This document shows positions 38,001 to 47,253 of a stretch of DNA of 64,000 bases, piece by piece. The notes beneath the pieces are model-generated. The model ran no database searches. It was not told where the DNA came from and saw only the letters and a list, made by a program, of their open reading frames with translations. Every line of letters starts with the position of its first letter. Positions within the stretch are counted from its first letter, which is position 1. The stretch lies in IMG/VR virus record IMGVR_UViG_3300037420_000217; one strand, written 5' to 3'. A program made the position numbers and the translations under genes. Source of the stretch: an uncultured virus (IMG/VR IMGVR_UViG_3300037420_000217) (lineage: Duplodnaviria > Heunggongvirae > Uroviricota > Caudoviricetes).

Positions 38001-40396
38001 TAGTTGAACGTAGCCTCGTTGAGTTTGACCTGCGCAGCGGCTGCGGCAATCCGAGACTGCACGAAGGCTTTGCCATCCGGGTCTGCGGTGGATTGACCGC
38101 GCTGCTTCAGCTCCTGCTCGGCCTGAAGTTGAGCAATGCTCTTGGCACGTTCCAGATTGGTAGCGGTCAGCAGGCTGACCTCGCGCTCCATCATCTGGAT
38201 ATTGTCGTTAGCCGCACGCGTACCAGCCAGGGTCTGTGACCTATCCAGCTCGGCGTTGTATTCCTTGGTGCTCTTGCGAAGCCCAGCGATCACGCCCAGC
38301 AGGACCTTCTTGGCATCACTTTCAGCTGCCGTCGCCTGAGCAATCAGCGGACGCAGAGCCGCCTCAAGCTGCATCTGCTCGTTGGCTTCTGCCTGAGTGG
38401 TGGTGCCGGCAGCCACGGCCGAGTTGGCAGCCTTCAAGGCAGTCGTCTTGAAGGTGATGTCCGACAGCTCCTTGGCTCCAGCAGCCGCAGCCTTGGCAGC
38501 ATTGGCTTCCAGCTGGCGAGCCACGAAGGCGTCAATGTCACCCTTCTTGGTGATCGCTTTGCCAACCGCCTCAGTGGATGCTTGAGCCTTCAAGGCTGCC
38601 ACATCGCTCACACCGTAGGCCTTGGCCAGCTCCAAGGTCGCTGCCGTGGTGGCTTCGACGGCCTGAGCCTCGCGGGCCAGTTGTTCAGCCCGGCGGGCCG
38701 CCGCACGCGCGGCCGACTCAGCCTTGTTTTCGGCCTTCGTCGCGTTCGGCGTGTAGCGCTTCATGATGGCTTCTTTGGTCTCCTTGATCTGCTGTGCGCT
38801 GGGCAGCAGAGCAGAGCCAGGATTGGCCTTCTTGAGCTTGGCAATGTCAGCCTCATAGGCTTGGACCTCACGACGCGCCCGCGCCGTGTTGTCTGCCATG
38901 TCGCCCCACTTGGTGGAAAGACGTTCAGCCGCACCCACACCTTCGGTCTGGGCCAGCGCCTTGGCCGACTTCTCGTCGGCCGCTGCGATCTTGGTCTTCA
39001 GCTCGGCTTCGCGCTTCAGCAGCTCTTGACGCACCGGAGCCAGCTGGTTGCCGATAGCCTTGGAACCTAGCTGCTCCTGGACCTTGGAAAGCTCCTGTTG
39101 AAGGCCCGCCGTGCCCTGTGCTCGTCCAAAGCTCTTCAGAGCATCAATGGCAGACGAGATGGCGTTGGTCACGCCCCGCCACGCCCGCTCCAGATACCCG
39201 AGGTTTTCTGGGCCGACCTTGCCCAGGTCCTCGTGGACCGCCTTCGCCAGGCTCAGCTGGGCTTCCGTCGTGCGGCCCTGCTCCTCAAGCAGGCGGATGT
39301 GCTCGTATTGAGCCGCCGTCAGGATGTGGTATTGCGAGTTGAAGTTGGACGCGAAGTCGCTGACCTTGTCCCCCATCTTGGAGAACAACGCAACGAACTC
39401 GTCAGCTGACCGGCCGGTGTACTGGCTCAGCTTCACGATATCCTCAGCCAGGAAGCGCATGGTCTCCCCGGTGAACTTGCCGGTGCTGGCAAGCTCCATG
39501 AGCACCTTGCGGGCGTTACCAATGCTGGTGTCCGTCGCGCGCGAGACGCTGACCGCCATATCATCAAATTGCTTCGCTGTGATCCCGGCGAAGTTGCCGG
39601 TGATGGCCAACGTGTTGTTGAGCTTGGCTGCCTCCTTGTTGCCAGACAGGAAGCTGCCCACCAGGACCCCGAACACAGTGGCCAGGGAGGCCACGAGCAC
39701 CACGGTAGGACCGATCAGCCCAGCCAAGGCGCGCAGCGATCCGCCGACGCCACCCGGCCCCATCTGGAGGACCTGGAACACCTGACCGCCCTGCTGAGCC
39801 AGGATTTGGAAGGCAGACTGACCCGAGGCCAAGCCGGTGACAACGTCGTTGAGCTGGAACGACATCTGCCCCAGCATCTGAGTCGTCTTGCGACCGGACG
39901 TCGTGAGGTTGTCGTTGGCCTTCGCCGCCTTCGCGGTGTGCTCCCGCCATGCTAGGACGTGGCTGTTCAGGTCCTGCTGTGCGACGGCCTGGGCTTTCGC
40001 CGAAGCTGCAACCTGCGTGGCTCCTTTCGCAGCGTCCACTGAGGCCTTGTACTCAGCCTTGAGCGCCGTCTCGGCGTCGCGGATGCTGGCAGCCATCTCA
40101 GTGAAGGCACGACTGGTGCGCTGCGTGTTGGTCTCAAGCGTCTTCTCGGCTTGAGCTGTGGTGTTGGCTGAGGCAGCCACCTTCGTGGTGGCGTTCGCCA
40201 GCTCATTGGCCGACGCGGCCATATCAGTCAGGGACCGCTGGCCTTCGCCAGCGGTGCTGAAGTCCAGAGCGCGGTCCAGGACTGCCTTGAGGCGGTCTGC
40301 GGCCTTCTCGATGGCGCGCAGCTTCTGCTCGACCGCATCCCCGCCCTGCTTTGACTTGGCGGGATCAATCTCAACGACAATCCGATAATCAGTCAC
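35096..40396 (-). CDS. Tape measure protein (1766 aa)
   Basis: Ala-rich helical; FQLNDVVTGLASGQS...LAQQGGQ lambda-type TMP motif; follows the chaperones. Confidence 0.9.
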   Translation of the reverse strand: MTDYRIVVEIDPAKSKQGGDAVEQKLRAIEKAADRLKAVLDRALDFSTAGEGQRSLTDMAASANELANATTKVAASANTTAQAEKTLETNTQRTSRAFTEMAASIRDAETALKAEYKASVDAAKGATQVAASAKAQAVAQQDLNSHVLAWREHTAKAAKANDNLTTSGRKTTQMLGQMSFQLNDVVTGLASGQSAFQILAQQGGQVFQVLQMGPGGVGGSLRALAGLIGPTVVLVASLATVFGVLVGSFLSGNKEAAKLNNTLAITGNFAGITAKQFDDMAVSVSRATDTSIGNARKVLMELASTGKFTGETMRFLAEDIVKLSQYTGRSADEFVALFSKMGDKVSDFASNFNSQYHILTAAQYEHIRLLEEQGRTTEAQLSLAKAVHEDLGKVGPENLGYLERAWRGVTNAISSAIDALKSFGRAQGTAGLQQELSKVQEQLGSKAIGNQLAPVRQELLKREAELKTKIAAADEKSAKALAQTEGVGAAERLSTKWGDMADNTARARREVQAYEADIAKLKKANPGSALLPSAQQIKETKEAIMKRYTPNATKAENKAESAARAAARRAEQLAREAQAVEATTAATLELAKAYGVSDVAALKAQASTEAVGKAITKKGDIDAFVARQLEANAAKAAAAGAKELSDITFKTTALKAANSAVAAGTTTQAEANEQMQLEAALRPLIAQATAAESDAKKVLLGVIAGLRKSTKEYNAELDRSQTLAGTRAANDNIQMMEREVSLLTATNLERAKSIAQLQAEQELKQRGQSTADPDGKAFVQSRIAAAAAQVKLNEATFNYNMGLDYQVDALSRIDAIASQMATGLTSSFGRIGSAVGKLITTLTAYDRKQAEIARAQKAYTDQGGNDARRLAAFSKDARDAEIQHYGDMLSASKEFFSEKSAAYKVLEGAEKAYRLFEFAMAVKSIFFKTAETAATVTSETTQTTAVVAGSTARASAKAAEGIAGIFAALGPWAFPVAAAAVAFMVGVGVKGLSGGGSQKGVTDAEDRQKAQGAGSVLGDPTAKSESIQRALDAVSKNTNKELEYSNGMLKALRSIDTQISSLAALIARQLQIPGGAFDTSDLNLGTTRQGPGTFTKIANPFSVLLPGLFGTTKKTTLQDQGIDFNSGTLSDILANGVSGNTYQQIATQTKKKAFGITYSNKTKVSTLTDTLDGDLKDQITDVISSLRGGVLEAAKVLGLEGAQSLIDAMTLNLGKLSFKDMTGEEIEEALASVFSKAADDMATTAAPFITELQKVGEGAFETLTRVAREYQVLDITLSAIGKTFGAVGVSSLKARQYLIDLAGGMDELVSMTQEFGESFLSVDERMKPVITAVYTELGKLGYGTIKTKEEFKKLVLGLDLTTEKGAETYAQLLKIAPAFSSVVDYMASLSEESDKVTDARDRLQEAYEREADAITAVKEKFEGFVETLKAFRQTLETGPSALLTPEERYKRSKSLFETTSAKALTGDEKALADLQQVGQDYLDASKDYYASSEQYFKDLEQVKNAVDQATQFAQTQVDTATQQLAALNKQVEGLLTVNQSVLSVRDAIASLASATAAQAAAQAAATQAAEAARAAAEAAALAAQQKPADPAPATTTPATATGPQTAGSYSGYVQGNADLASYYEANKSQLGMSLEQYGKFHWNHFGSNEDRSVVPFALGSAFDGGSIVKTRTQFNIGEMGEADPEAIMPLTRTSSGHLGVRAVSSRNSGGQAMDPEVKQLLTELLAAQKGAALLGVEASNRDAKKSDELNRTLQDIKRVLRNNKAA

Positions 40397-40749
40397 GCCG
40401 CGTCCCCAGAGTTACGCTCCAGGTCCTTGGGCGGTGGATTTTCGTGGTGCCACTTCCGCTCGGCTGCATCCAGCGTCTGGATGATGCCCCAAAGAAGGTC
40501 AACCACGTCACTGGCCAAAGACTTGTGTTCACCGTATAGCTGAACAGCTGTCCAAGGAATAGGCCCATCCATGGACCTGCAGGTGCTGAGGTCGTTGAAT
40601 GCCTTCAGCCAGAAGACGTCATCTTCATCAATTGGTGGCTCGGCCAGATACCAGTCTGGGAGGTCCCGTTTCTTCGCGAGGGCAGCCTCAACACTGAAGC
40701 CGTCCCTCGCGAATTTGAGCTCCCAGCAGACCCGAGCGGCTAGCGCTCC
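40393..40749 (-). CDS. Tail assembly chaperone C-terminal (GT-like) extension in the -1 frame
   Basis: Open 118-aa frame without its own start (GALAARVCWEL...FNDLSTCRSMDGPIPWTAVQLY...) ending in a GTGA overlap with TMP; absent from the ORF track. Confidence 0.75.
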   Translation of the reverse strand, partial: GALAARVCWELKFARDGFSVEAALAKKRDLPDWYLAEPPIDEDDVFWLKAFNDLSTCRSMDGPIPWTAVQLYGEHKSLASDVVDLLWGIIQTLDAAERKWHHENPPPKDLERNSGDAA

Positions 40750-41165
40750 CCCAGCGCCGTCCCGTCCACGGCGACCTTGACGAAGTTGGTGGGATCGGTC
40801 AGCCAGACCCGGAAGTCATCGAACACCCAGTCAGGCAGGGCGGCGAAGAACTCCATGCACTCGTCAGCGCTGAACTCCACATCGTTGCTGTCGATTTTCA
40901 TCGACCAGCTCCGCACGCAGAAGTTTGCGATGATTTCCTTGTCCTCCTCACGGGAGGCCTTCACCGTGTCGGCGTTGGTGACCTTCACGCGCCGGGCACG
41001 TCGCACCGCCGCACGCCGCAGGCTCTCGTTCATGAAGGGCTTGTTGTCTTCGGTCGCCGGCAGGCAGAACAGCGTCGGCTGGTTTGGCAACATGTCGAAG
41101 TGGTAGGGCAGCGGCTTCTCGCCGTCAACGTTCAGGCCATCGGCCAACTTGCCGTACTTGCTCAT
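40740..41165 (-). CDS. Tail assembly chaperone (G-like)
   Basis: Between major tail protein and TMP; ends CTG GGG GAG CGC TAG. Confidence 0.8.
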   Translation of the reverse strand: MSKYGKLADGLNVDGEKPLPYHFDMLPNQPTLFCLPATEDNKPFMNESLRRAAVRRARRVKVTNADTVKASREEDKEIIANFCVRSWSMKIDSNDVEFSADECMEFFAALPDWVFDDFRVWLTDPTNFVKVAVDGTALGER

Positions 41166-41199
41166 TCGTTCAATCCTCAGGTTTCTCAGCCAGATACAG

Positions 41200-41226
41200 A
41201 AAAGGCCCCGCCGCTAAGCGGGGCCT
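41200..41226 (-). terminator. Intrinsic terminator after the major tail gene
   Basis: AGGCCCCGC-TTAGCG-GCGGGGCCT-TTT. Confidence 0.7.
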
Positions 41227-41245
41227 CGCGCTTCTGTAGATTGCC

Positions 41246-42742
41246 CTACGCCGGCAGATAAGGGAAGAAGCTGGCGCTGAGGCTGTAGCCCAGCGCATCG
41301 TCCTTACGGGCCTGGAGCGTCGAGTTCAGCGTCACCGACTGGTTGACCGGGAAGGCGCGGTCACCACCGTCCAGCTCGCCGGACGGGATGTCGAAGTACA
41401 CGCCGCCGTCGCCGTTCTTGATGCAGAAGTCCAGGCCGACCGTGGTGTTGCCACGGATGCGGGCCACGACCGCGCCGTTGGAGAACAACAGGGTGGATTG
41501 AATGTCCACTTCGAAGTTGCCGACGTTCATGTAGGCCGCGCCGAGCTTCCCCAGCACCTTCTCAGGCGAGACGTTGTTGGTCAACGTCAGGGTCATGGAC
41601 TTGAAGTCCGTGGTCAGGCCTGACTCGTCAACGTCCTGGATGCGCAGCCGCGCCAGGTCCGTGGCCGAGGACAGCGCTGCCGTTGCCGTCTGCGATTGGG
41701 CGTTGCCCGAGTTGGTGGCGGGGGTGGCAGACGGCGACTGCGTATCCGTGCCCACGAAACCGAAGCTGGCCGTGGCCTTGTCCGTCAGGTTGATATTGAG
41801 CGTGATCGCGTCGGCGTAGTTGCCCAGCGCCTGCTCGTAGTTCGTGGCGCCACCGGTGCCCAGGTTCGGGCTGGTGAGCTGGAACTGCGTGGAGGTCTCC
41901 TGGTAGTCGGCATCACCCACGTCCACGTTGCGGCAGAACTCGCCGAACAGGATGTCAATGTCCTTGCCGGTGCCGGCGTCGGTGACGAAGGCTTGACCCT
42001 TCTTTTCCAGCGTCAGCTTGTTGGCCGCGATCACCCGGATGCGGGCGAAGCCGGTGTTGGCCGCGTTGGCGAACTGGTTGCCCACCGCAGCGCCGCCGAC
42101 CCAGATGAACTGGCCGACGTACAGGCCGAGCGTGGTGAAGTCCAGAGCCGTGCTGATCAGGTTGCCCTGGGCATCGATCTGGAGGTCAGCGGTGGCGCCA
42201 CGGACCCCGGCGATGCTGACCATGGCCGACTTGGTGGCAGCCACGGTCTCAGCCGTGAGGCCGGTAACCGCGATGGTGGTCGCCGCGTTGGCCACCGCAC
42301 CGGTGATGACCTTCAGGCCGTTGTTAGCCGCGATGACGAAGCCGCGAGCATAGACCAGGGTCTTGGCAGCGCTGGCGCCGTAGGTGAACTTGGTGTTAGT
42401 GACGGCCGGAACCGTGTAGCCGCTGGAAGTCACCGCGCTCGGGATGTAGGTGGGCGGGCCAACGTACTTGGCGTAGAAGAACGCATCCAGGACGTCGCGC
42501 AGCTGCTCATACGTGGCGTCCGCTTCGAACTCCACGCCGCTGTTCAGGTCGGTGACGACGCCCTTCCGACGCTGGCGGGCCTTCTGGATCGGCGTCCGCG
42601 CAACGCGGCTGATCTGAGCCCCGAAGCGGTTGATGTTGTTCGGTTCCGCCTGCTTCCAGACAGGGGAGCCGCCGGGCAGGACGCCCAGAGAAGCCTCACG
42701 CGTGTACGCGAGACTGATGCTGTTGGTAGTAACGCGTGCCAT
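41246..42742 (-). CDS. Major tail (tube) protein
   Basis: Position, strong codon bias, RE..LG..P N-terminus. Confidence 0.8.
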   Translation of the reverse strand: MARVTTNSISLAYTREASLGVLPGGSPVWKQAEPNNINRFGAQISRVARTPIQKARQRRKGVVTDLNSGVEFEADATYEQLRDVLDAFFYAKYVGPPTYIPSAVTSSGYTVPAVTNTKFTYGASAAKTLVYARGFVIAANNGLKVITGAVANAATTIAVTGLTAETVAATKSAMVSIAGVRGATADLQIDAQGNLISTALDFTTLGLYVGQFIWVGGAAVGNQFANAANTGFARIRVIAANKLTLEKKGQAFVTDAGTGKDIDILFGEFCRNVDVGDADYQETSTQFQLTSPNLGTGGATNYEQALGNYADAITLNINLTDKATASFGFVGTDTQSPSATPATNSGNAQSQTATAALSSATDLARLRIQDVDESGLTTDFKSMTLTLTNNVSPEKVLGKLGAAYMNVGNFEVDIQSTLLFSNGAVVARIRGNTTVGLDFCIKNGDGGVYFDIPSGELDGGDRAFPVNQSVTLNSTLQARKDDALGYSLSASFFPYLPA

Positions 42743-42754
42743 GGGGTGGCTCCT

Positions 42755-43180
42755 CTATTTGATCTGGATATAGTCGAAGTTGGCTTGAATAGTCGAGCCC
42801 CACCAACGTCCATCTTCGACATTGCCGATTTCACGCGGTATGACGTCCTTGAAGCGGATGCTCGTGCCAGGGATCGTGCGACCTTCGAACAGAGCCTGAC
42901 CGGCCACCATCAGAGTGTCAGCCAGCTTGGTGCCCTTATCAGGCAGCACAAAGACTTGAAGAAAGGCCGCAGCCTCCCTGTAGAACTTGCGATTACCTTG
43001 TTGCCCCAGCGTTTGCTGACCGGCATACAAGTGACGCACAGAGAGGCGCACCCAGCCATCAGCATCACCTTGATACTGCTCGTTGTCGAAGCGATACGGG
43101 CTGATGTCATTCCACTCGGCCAGGAACCGCTGGATGATGGCTGCCTTGACTTCAGGAAGCGTGCTGCTGTTGTCGCTCAT
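42755..43180 (-). CDS. Tail terminator protein
   Basis: FDNE...WVRLSV...QVFV...G pattern and position. Confidence 0.7.
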   Translation of the reverse strand: MSDNSSTLPEVKAAIIQRFLAEWNDISPYRFDNEQYQGDADGWVRLSVRHLYAGQQTLGQQGNRKFYREAAAFLQVFVLPDKGTKLADTLMVAGQALFEGRTIPGTSIRFKDVIPREIGNVEDGRWWGSTIQANFDYIQIK

Positions 43181-43575
43181 CGTTGCGCTCGCTGCGCCAC
43201 AGCCTGGATGATCGCGGCCTGGATGAAGGCCGCTGGTGCTTGGGCAGACCAGCCGTCATTCAAGCGCCGGATGTACGGAACGCCATTGGTGCAGAACACC
43301 GGGCCTTCCGCCATGGTGTAGGACGCCAGCTGCGCCTGAGCTGCCGCCGACTGCTGAGCTGCCCGAGCTACATCAGCCGGGGTGGCTTCGCTCGCCAGCG
43401 CCGGGACCGGCGGAGCAGGCACCCCGATGCTGGGCACCCAATTGGCGGCAGCCCAACCGGTCTTGCGAGGCGTGGTCTCGCGCAGGGTGGCTGTGATATC
43501 GAACGCCAGCCCAACCACCTCAGCCTCGGTATACCGGGCCAGGTCGCCGATGATGGCAGCTACCTGGTCCGCCAT
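43177..43575 (-). CDS. Neck/tail completion protein (HK97 gp10-like)
   Basis: TPRKTGWAAANW...N.VPYI.RLN.GWS.QAP. Confidence 0.75.
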   Translation of the reverse strand: MADQVAAIIGDLARYTEAEVVGLAFDITATLRETTPRKTGWAAANWVPSIGVPAPPVPALASEATPADVARAAQQSAAAQAQLASYTMAEGPVFCTNGVPYIRRLNDGWSAQAPAAFIQAAIIQAVAQRAQR

Positions 43576-43578
43576 GCC

Positions 43579-44118
43579 CTACTCCTGCGGAGGATCGGCC
43601 GGAGCTTCGGAAGTGGTCTCCGGCTGCGTCTCGGCGGTCGGCTGCGTCTCCGGCTGCTCCGTCTGCTCCGGTGCATCCTCGGTGGCTTCCGGCTGCGTCC
43701 CGGCTGGCTTCGGAGCGTCGGCCAGCATCTCGGCTTGGCGAGCCTCAGCAGCGGCCTTACCGCGCACCTTCTGCATCTTGGAAACGTCCCACGACGGGGT
43801 GAGCTGGTAGAAGCCCGCGCCGGTGTGGACCATCTCGACCGAATGGACGGGACCAGCATCAAGCGCCGCCGCAGCCGCCTCCACTTCAGCGACGTCCACG
43901 ATGGGGTCACCCGCCATGTCGTCCTGCGTGGGGCTGGGGCGGTAGTCCTTGGCGTACACGGCGCGCCCAGAGGTCCAGAGCCTCAGCTTGTTGCCGACAC
44001 CCAGGTCATCCGGGATGGGATCGCCAGGGTTGAGGTCCGTGCCGTTGAACAGCAGGACCTTGCGGGCCACCAAAGGCTCATCCTTGAGGAAGTAGCGGGG
44101 CGACAGGCGACGGTCCAC
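43579..44118 (-). CDS. Hypothetical head-region protein with acidic Pro/Glu/Thr tail
   Basis: Immediately after MCP; low-complexity EQPETQP tail. Confidence 0.6.
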   Translation of the reverse strand: MDRRLSPRYFLKDEPLVARKVLLFNGTDLNPGDPIPDDLGVGNKLRLWTSGRAVYAKDYRPSPTQDDMAGDPIVDVAEVEAAAAALDAGPVHSVEMVHTGAGFYQLTPSWDVSKMQKVRGKAAAEARQAEMLADAPKPAGTQPEATEDAPEQTEQPETQPTAETQPETTSEAPADPPQE

Positions 44119-44138
44119 AGGCAGGCCTCATTGTCAGT

Positions 44139-44179
44139 TTCTGACGCCTCAGGCCCGGACTGAACTAGCCAGCCGGGCC
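44139..44179. repeat. Hairpin-containing direct repeat, copy 1
   Basis: TTCTGACGCCTCAGGCCCGGACTG...CAGCCGGGCC; second copy at 45770-45809. Confidence 0.7.
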
Positions 44180-44207
44180 TTCGGCGACACAGGCTCTGGC
44201 GAACCTG

Positions 44208-45239
44208 TTAGGCGATGATGCCGTTGAAGAAGTAGCCGAGGTCAGCGCCGACCAGCTTCTGGTCATACGCCGCTTCGATCTCCACCCGGTCGGAAGCCAG
44301 GTGTTCCATGCGGAACTTCTTCATGCGGGCACCTTGCTGGGTGGCGGCCAGGTAGCCGGTCCAGCTGAAGGTGTAGCCGGCAGAGGGGGTCAGCACGGAC
44401 GGGGTGGGGTTGGCGTAGTACAGCCCCGCGTGCTTGCCGCCGATGAAGGCGTTGGTCTCGGTGTCGGTCGTGCCCTTCTTTTTGGCGCTGTTGTAGATGG
44501 CGTCCATGACCACCACTTCGTCCAGCTCCAGGATCGCGGCGATGGCGGCGCGGTTGGCCATGGCGGCCCCTTGCGTCTGACCACGGTCCATCCGGGCGAT
44601 GAAGTCCGGGTGGTCCACGAGCACATCGAACACCGGGCGGCCGAGGACCAGCTTGTTCGGCCGGAAGCCGGTGCGCTCCTGCATCTTGGTCATGCCTTGG
44701 CGCATGTCCTCGATGGGGTTGCTGGCGCCATCGTTCCACCGCAGCTTGTCGTTGGACGACAGGTTGGTGGGATCGAAGCTGCCGGCCGCCGTGGCGCCGC
44801 TGTCAACGCCGTCAGCCTGGAAGGTCCAGACGCCGGTGGTGAAGTAGCGGGCAGCCCAGCGACGCTCGCGGTTGAGCCGGAACTTGTGCGACAGGAACAT
44901 GGTCGCGTCGCGGTCCAGGTTCAGCGGATCGTCGGCGTTGCCGCGCAGCTGGTCCGGGATGTCCTTGTGGAGGGCCTTGACCGGAGCGTAGTAGGCGTTG
45001 GTGCCCAGCTCGTAGCCGCTGCCGGCGCTCTCCGCGCCAGGGGCGCGCTCCTCCATCTCGTCACGGTTCCAGTCATCCCGGTCGTATTCGAAGTAGGCGT
45101 CAGCCTGCTTGGTGACCGGGATGTTCGGGAACACCTTGTCGGCGACAAAGGCGCTTTCCGGCTGCATGTAGCCGACCAGGATGTTGGTCAGCGGCCGGGA
45201 GACGTGGACGTCACCGGGCGTCGGGCTGATATAGGGCAT
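44208..45239 (-). CDS. Major capsid protein
   Basis: LTNI.VGY.Q....FVAD.VFP.IPV N-terminus; strong codon bias; follows scaffold and decoration genes. Confidence 0.9.
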   Translation of the reverse strand: MPYISPTPGDVHVSRPLTNILVGYMQPESAFVADKVFPNIPVTKQADAYFEYDRDDWNRDEMEERAPGAESAGSGYELGTNAYYAPVKALHKDIPDQLRGNADDPLNLDRDATMFLSHKFRLNRERRWAARYFTTGVWTFQADGVDSGATAAGSFDPTNLSSNDKLRWNDGASNPIEDMRQGMTKMQERTGFRPNKLVLGRPVFDVLVDHPDFIARMDRGQTQGAAMANRAAIAAILELDEVVVMDAIYNSAKKKGTTDTETNAFIGGKHAGLYYANPTPSVLTPSAGYTFSWTGYLAATQQGARMKKFRMEHLASDRVEIEAAYDQKLVGADLGYFFNGIIA

Positions 45240-45299
45240 TCTCGTCTCCTTGGGCTACGCCCGGTGGGGTTACAGATCAGGTCTCAGCTGGTCCAGGCC

Positions 45300-45743
45300 T
45301 TACGGCACCAGGCCCGCGTAGCCCACGAATTCGATGGCGATGACCTCGCCCACAGCGCCGGTCTCCAGCGCATAGGCCACGATCACGTCGCCGGTTGCGT
45401 CGGCCAGGTAGCCAGCGCCGTCCACCTCGGTGGAGTTGCCGCCGACGCGGATGGCCTGGCCGGGAGCCGTGACCGCCTCGCCCAGCTCGATCAGCGCCTG
45501 GCAACCGTCCGGCAGCACCATGGTGCTGGAGCAGACCGCGCTCTTGACGTTCTGGTCCGTCTTCATGCCCAGGATGCCGCGAGCAGCAGCACCGTTGGCG
45601 CCAGGGACGTGAGTGATCACTTCCTTGAACGCACCGGAAGTCTTCCAGGTGCAGAAGCGGAACGGCAGGGCCGCACCCACGCCGCTGGAGTCATTGGTGA
45701 CCGCCACCGTGATGGAGCGGCAGGCCTCGTAAGTCGCGGACAT
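45300..45743 (-). CDS. Capsid decoration/cement protein
   Basis: Gly/Ala-rich beta protein with ALE.G..GEVI tail, upstream of MCP. Confidence 0.7.
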   Translation of the reverse strand: MSATYEACRSITVAVTNDSSGVGAALPFRFCTWKTSGAFKEVITHVPGANGAAARGILGMKTDQNVKSAVCSSTMVLPDGCQALIELGEAVTAPGQAIRVGGNSTEVDGAGYLADATGDVIVAYALETGAVGEVIAIEFVGYAGLVP

Positions 45744-45769
45744 GATTGTCTCCTGATCCGGTGGCTATC

Positions 45770-45809
45770 TTCTGACACCTTAGGCCCGGACTGCCTGCGC
45801 AGCCGGGCC
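45770..45809. repeat. Hairpin-containing direct repeat, copy 2
   Basis: TTCTGACACCTTAGGCCCGGACTG...CAGCCGGGCC. Confidence 0.7.
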
Positions 45810-45837
45810 AGAAGGCTGGGCGTTGAGCCCTGAGTGG

Positions 45838-46782
45838 TTAGGCGAGCGCCTTGTACAGCGCCCGGCCTTCGTCGGTGTCGAGCACGGCACTGTACGCCTT
45901 GGCAAAGTCCACCTTCGTCGCCGTCGCGTGGGCCTTGGCCAGCTCGTCCAGCTTGGCTTCCGCCTCAGCCTTGGACATCTTGGTCGGGTCCGTCTCGTCC
46001 TTGTCGTCCGCACCACCGGTGCGGCCGTTCTTCGCGAAGGCTCCACCCATCGCCGCGTTGGCGGCGCGCAGGCTCTTCATGACTTCGTCGCGGGTCTTCT
46101 GGTCAGCGATGCCGTCCACGGCCTTCAGCAGGGCCTTGCGGGTGTCGATGTCACCGGCCATCTTGCTGATGTCGGTCTCAGCGCGCTTGGCCAGGTCCTG
46201 GTCCGTGCGGGCCGCCTTCTCCACCAGCAGGTCCTTGCGGAGCTGGTCGTTGGACTTCGCGAGCTGGACCACCAGATCACCGGCCGACTTGCGGATGTCG
46301 GTACCGTCCAGCGTGGTGTAGACCACCGGGTCATCGCCCTTGGTCAGGGCGATGGCGGCGTCACGGCCGGAGGCGTCCTTGGCCAGGAAGGCGTCCTTGG
46401 CGGCGTCGTCGGACAGGCTGTCGTAGTGGGCCTTGTGGATGGCCGACAGCGCGATGATCTTGTCCGACTTCTCCAGACGGGCGATCAGCGCCGGGTCGGT
46501 GGCCGGAGCCGCCTTGCTGATGGACTGCGGCACCACGTCCAGCGCGTTCAGCGTGGTCGCGGCCTTCATGATCTCAGCTTGGTTGGCCGTGGCATAGGCC
46601 GGGTCCGTCAGGGACTTGGCGATGGCGGCCAGCAGTTCTTCGCGGGTCTTGAACATGGGGGTCTCCGGCTCCTTGGGCGGTTCAGCCCGCTTCATCAGTT
46701 GAACAGTTGCGCCGGGCTGAGCCGGACGGTCCACGCCGCTGATCTCGCTGAGCTTCAGCTTGGTGATACGATGCTTGGCCAT
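45838..46782 (-). CDS. Scaffolding protein
   Basis: N-terminal EIS.VDRPAQ.GA, long Ala/Lys helical body; position. Confidence 0.75.
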   Translation of the reverse strand: MAKHRITKLKLSEISGVDRPAQPGATVQLMKRAEPPKEPETPMFKTREELLAAIAKSLTDPAYATANQAEIMKAATTLNALDVVPQSISKAAPATDPALIARLEKSDKIIALSAIHKAHYDSLSDDAAKDAFLAKDASGRDAAIALTKGDDPVVYTTLDGTDIRKSAGDLVVQLAKSNDQLRKDLLVEKAARTDQDLAKRAETDISKMAGDIDTRKALLKAVDGIADQKTRDEVMKSLRAANAAMGGAFAKNGRTGGADDKDETDPTKMSKAEAEAKLDELAKAHATATKVDFAKAYSAVLDTDEGRALYKALA

Positions 46783-47192
46783 CAGGCAACCTCTTCAAGG
46801 TTGCCGACGCCGCCGATGCTGAAACCCTTGTATTCGCCGGAGACGAACTTGGCCAGCAGCGCCGCATCGGGCTTCATGGCGATCATCAGTCCGGTCTTGG
46901 GCGGGTCAGGCAGGCCGAAGGTCTTGGCGATCTCACCGGTCAGGGGGAACATGAAGGCGATCTCGCCAGTGATGTCGTCGCCCCGGTCGGACTTGCCGTG
47001 CATGTCCTTGGCCACACGGCTGTTCACGGCGAAGTCAGTGGCAGCCTCCAGCATCACGTCCTCGGGGATGTGGTGATCCTGAAGGTCGTAGTGGTCCTGA
47101 CCGTTCTCCTTGCAGACGATGGCGAAGCCGAAGACAAGACCAAGGGTCTCATCGGCTTTCAGCACTTCGACTGAGGAAAGGACGTCAGGCAC
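46782..47192 (-). CDS. XkdF-like putative head maturation protease
   Basis: LVFG...DLQ..I...AA.DF...MH...G.YKGFSIGG. Confidence 0.75.
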   Translation of the reverse strand: MPDVLSSVEVLKADETLGLVFGFAIVCKENGQDHYDLQDHHIPEDVMLEAATDFAVNSRVAKDMHGKSDRGDDITGEIAFMFPLTGEIAKTFGLPDPPKTGLMIAMKPDAALLAKFVSGEYKGFSIGGVGNLEEVA

Positions 47193-47253
47193 AGGCGCAT
47201 CGCAGCTTGGACGTTGGCGATGCTATGAGCCAACTGAATGATGAGCTGATCGT

